From: Azolla caroliniana
Lineage: Eukaryota; Plantae; Polypodiophyta
Reading direction: 5' to 3'
Assembly (NCBI GenBank): GCA_043228905.1
Contig: JBHGNT010000635.1
Span: forward strand, 1 to 18,713
Length of the DNA: 18,713 nucleotides
The notes below the pieces were generated by a model. That model saw only the letters and a list, made by a program, of their open reading frames with translations, was not told the origin of the DNA and made no database searches. This document shows positions 17,418 through 18,713 of the stretch, piece after piece (within the stretch, counting starts at the first letter, position 1; each line of letters opens with the position of its first letter). A program made the translations under genes and the position numbers.

Positions 17418-18713
17418 AGAGGGCTGCCAAGGCGTGGGGCCGAGACAGTCCGGACACTTGGGAAAGACCCCACAGCTGTACGATAGAACCGAAACCGAAG
17501 AAACCTTGTACAATAGGTAGAAAATTTTGCTTCTCCAACAACGGAGGGTGTATGATAGTCGGCATCGTTGGCCGAGAAAAGGCAAGGGCGGAGGAGCGAC
17601 TTCGAGCGTGCGAAGTCCTCGGCTTGGACGAGGAAATCAGCGGAGCCATGGAGGCGGTCTCCTTCGACGACAACTTGGGGATGCTGAGGAAGGTAGCCGG
17701 AGAAGACCTTAACGAAGACCGGACGATACCGGTATGTTCCGAAGAGATGTACGAAGTCATCACGAACTTCAGATAGGGGCTCGAGCCGGATCGGACGGCC
17801 CGGGTTAGCACAAAGTACAAGACTGTGGACCGGAAGGTAAGGCTAGTCGCGGCACCCTTACCGGAGGGAAGCGAGTCCCGGATCAGAGGGGTTGCGTTGG
17901 ACCCCAGTTTGCGAGATCCGGCCTGCATAGGACACACCTTCACTGACGGGACGCTCCGGGAGCTCAAGATCGGTGGGGGCGGGTTCCTACTGCCGGCAGA
18001 AGAAGACCGGTTTCAGAGAATGCTCGGAAGGCACGGGAAAGCCTTCGCATTCTCACCGGAAGAGATCGGGTGCGTAGACCCGACAATCGTGGAGCCGATG
18101 GTGATATTCACGGTACCGCATGTGCCGTGGAATCTCAAGCCGATTCCAGTACCGAGAGCTCACATCCCGAAGTTGATGGAGCTATTGAGGCAAAAAGTCG
18201 ATATGGGCATTCTCGAACCGTCGAGTGCCCCATACTCGAACCGATGGTTTACCGTACCAAAGAAAAACGGAACGATGCGCTTCATTCAAGACTTGCAGCC
18301 GGTCAACAGAGTGACCATTCGGAACGCAGGAATCGGACGGACCATAGACGAGTTCGCGGAGGCCTTCGCCGGAAGGTCGATTTACTAGGTCTGTGATCTA
18401 TACTCGGGGTACGACCAGTTCCAGCTAGTCGTGGAGAGCAGAGACATTACGACGATGCGAACTCCCCTCGGCCTAGTGCGAATGTGTACCCTGCCACAAG
18501 GAGGGACTAACTCGGTGGCCCACATGGTGAATGCAATGAACAAGGTATTGAGGGATTGTATCCCGGACATCACCATGCCGTTTCTAGACGACATCCCGAT
18601 CAAGGGATGCCCGTTGGAAGAGAAGGACGAGACACTCGGGCCGGACGGATGCCGGCGATTCGTGGCAGCACACATCGACGACTGCGAGAAGGTGCTACAA
18701 AGGCCTACCACTC
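17408..18713 (+). pseudogene. pol: Retrotransposon ORF2 (pol): linker + reverse transcriptase, in the -1 frame relative to ORF1, partial
   Basis: Continuous frame from 17408 (GFLERAAKAWG...) through KYKTVDRKV, PHVPWNLKPIP, GILEPSSAPYSNRWFTVPKKNG, RFIQDLQPVN, DLYSGYDQ, LPQGGTNS and FLDD (18581-18592). Stops at 17774 and 18386. Confidence 0.88.

Larger units (their letters stand above)
14365..18713 (+). mobile_element. Ty3/Gypsy LTR retrotransposon (5' LTR, PBS, gag-pro, RT), truncated by the window end, inactivated by nonsense mutations
   Basis: Abrupt shift to GC/CpG-rich sequence. LTR with TG...CA termini, PBS, CCHC zinc knuckle, then aspartic protease followed directly by RT (Gypsy domain order). 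In-frame stops at 16287, 17214, 17774 and 18386. Confidence 0.95.

Noticed and set aside
14772-17967. Numerous antisense and alternative-frame ORFs within the LTR element
   Set aside because: Expected in GC-rich sequence, with no recognisable motifs.

Overview
Eukaryotic nuclear DNA from a land plant, most likely a non-seed plant such as a fern (inferred from the PPR remnant and TE types). In order: (1) the 3' part of an intronless gene for a plant Cys-rich, low-complexity protein (<1-738); (2) a heavily decayed PLS-class PPR pseudogene (~900-2403) interrupted by a 3x~29-bp tandem repeat and a plastid-derived trnR-ACG fragment; (3) an L1-like LINE 3' remnant and a ~230-bp GCAA-core purine array upstream of a promoter with E2F and site II motifs; (4) a complete 14-15 exon plant-type CDC7 kinase gene (4949-11364), reconstructed by hand with consistent splice phases; (5) two more LINE remnants; (6) the 5' part of a GC-rich Ty3/Gypsy LTR retrotransposon (from ~14365 to the window end). 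The retrotransposon is the most unusual element. It has an 18-nt tRNA-Trp primer binding site, a Gag-protease ORF1, and a candidate -1 ribosomal frameshift (G_GAU_UUU_UAG plus downstream stem) leading into an FLDD-type RT resembling fungal/non-seed-plant Gypsy lineages. I see no firm evidence of a wholly new biological system. The best leads are listed as findings.
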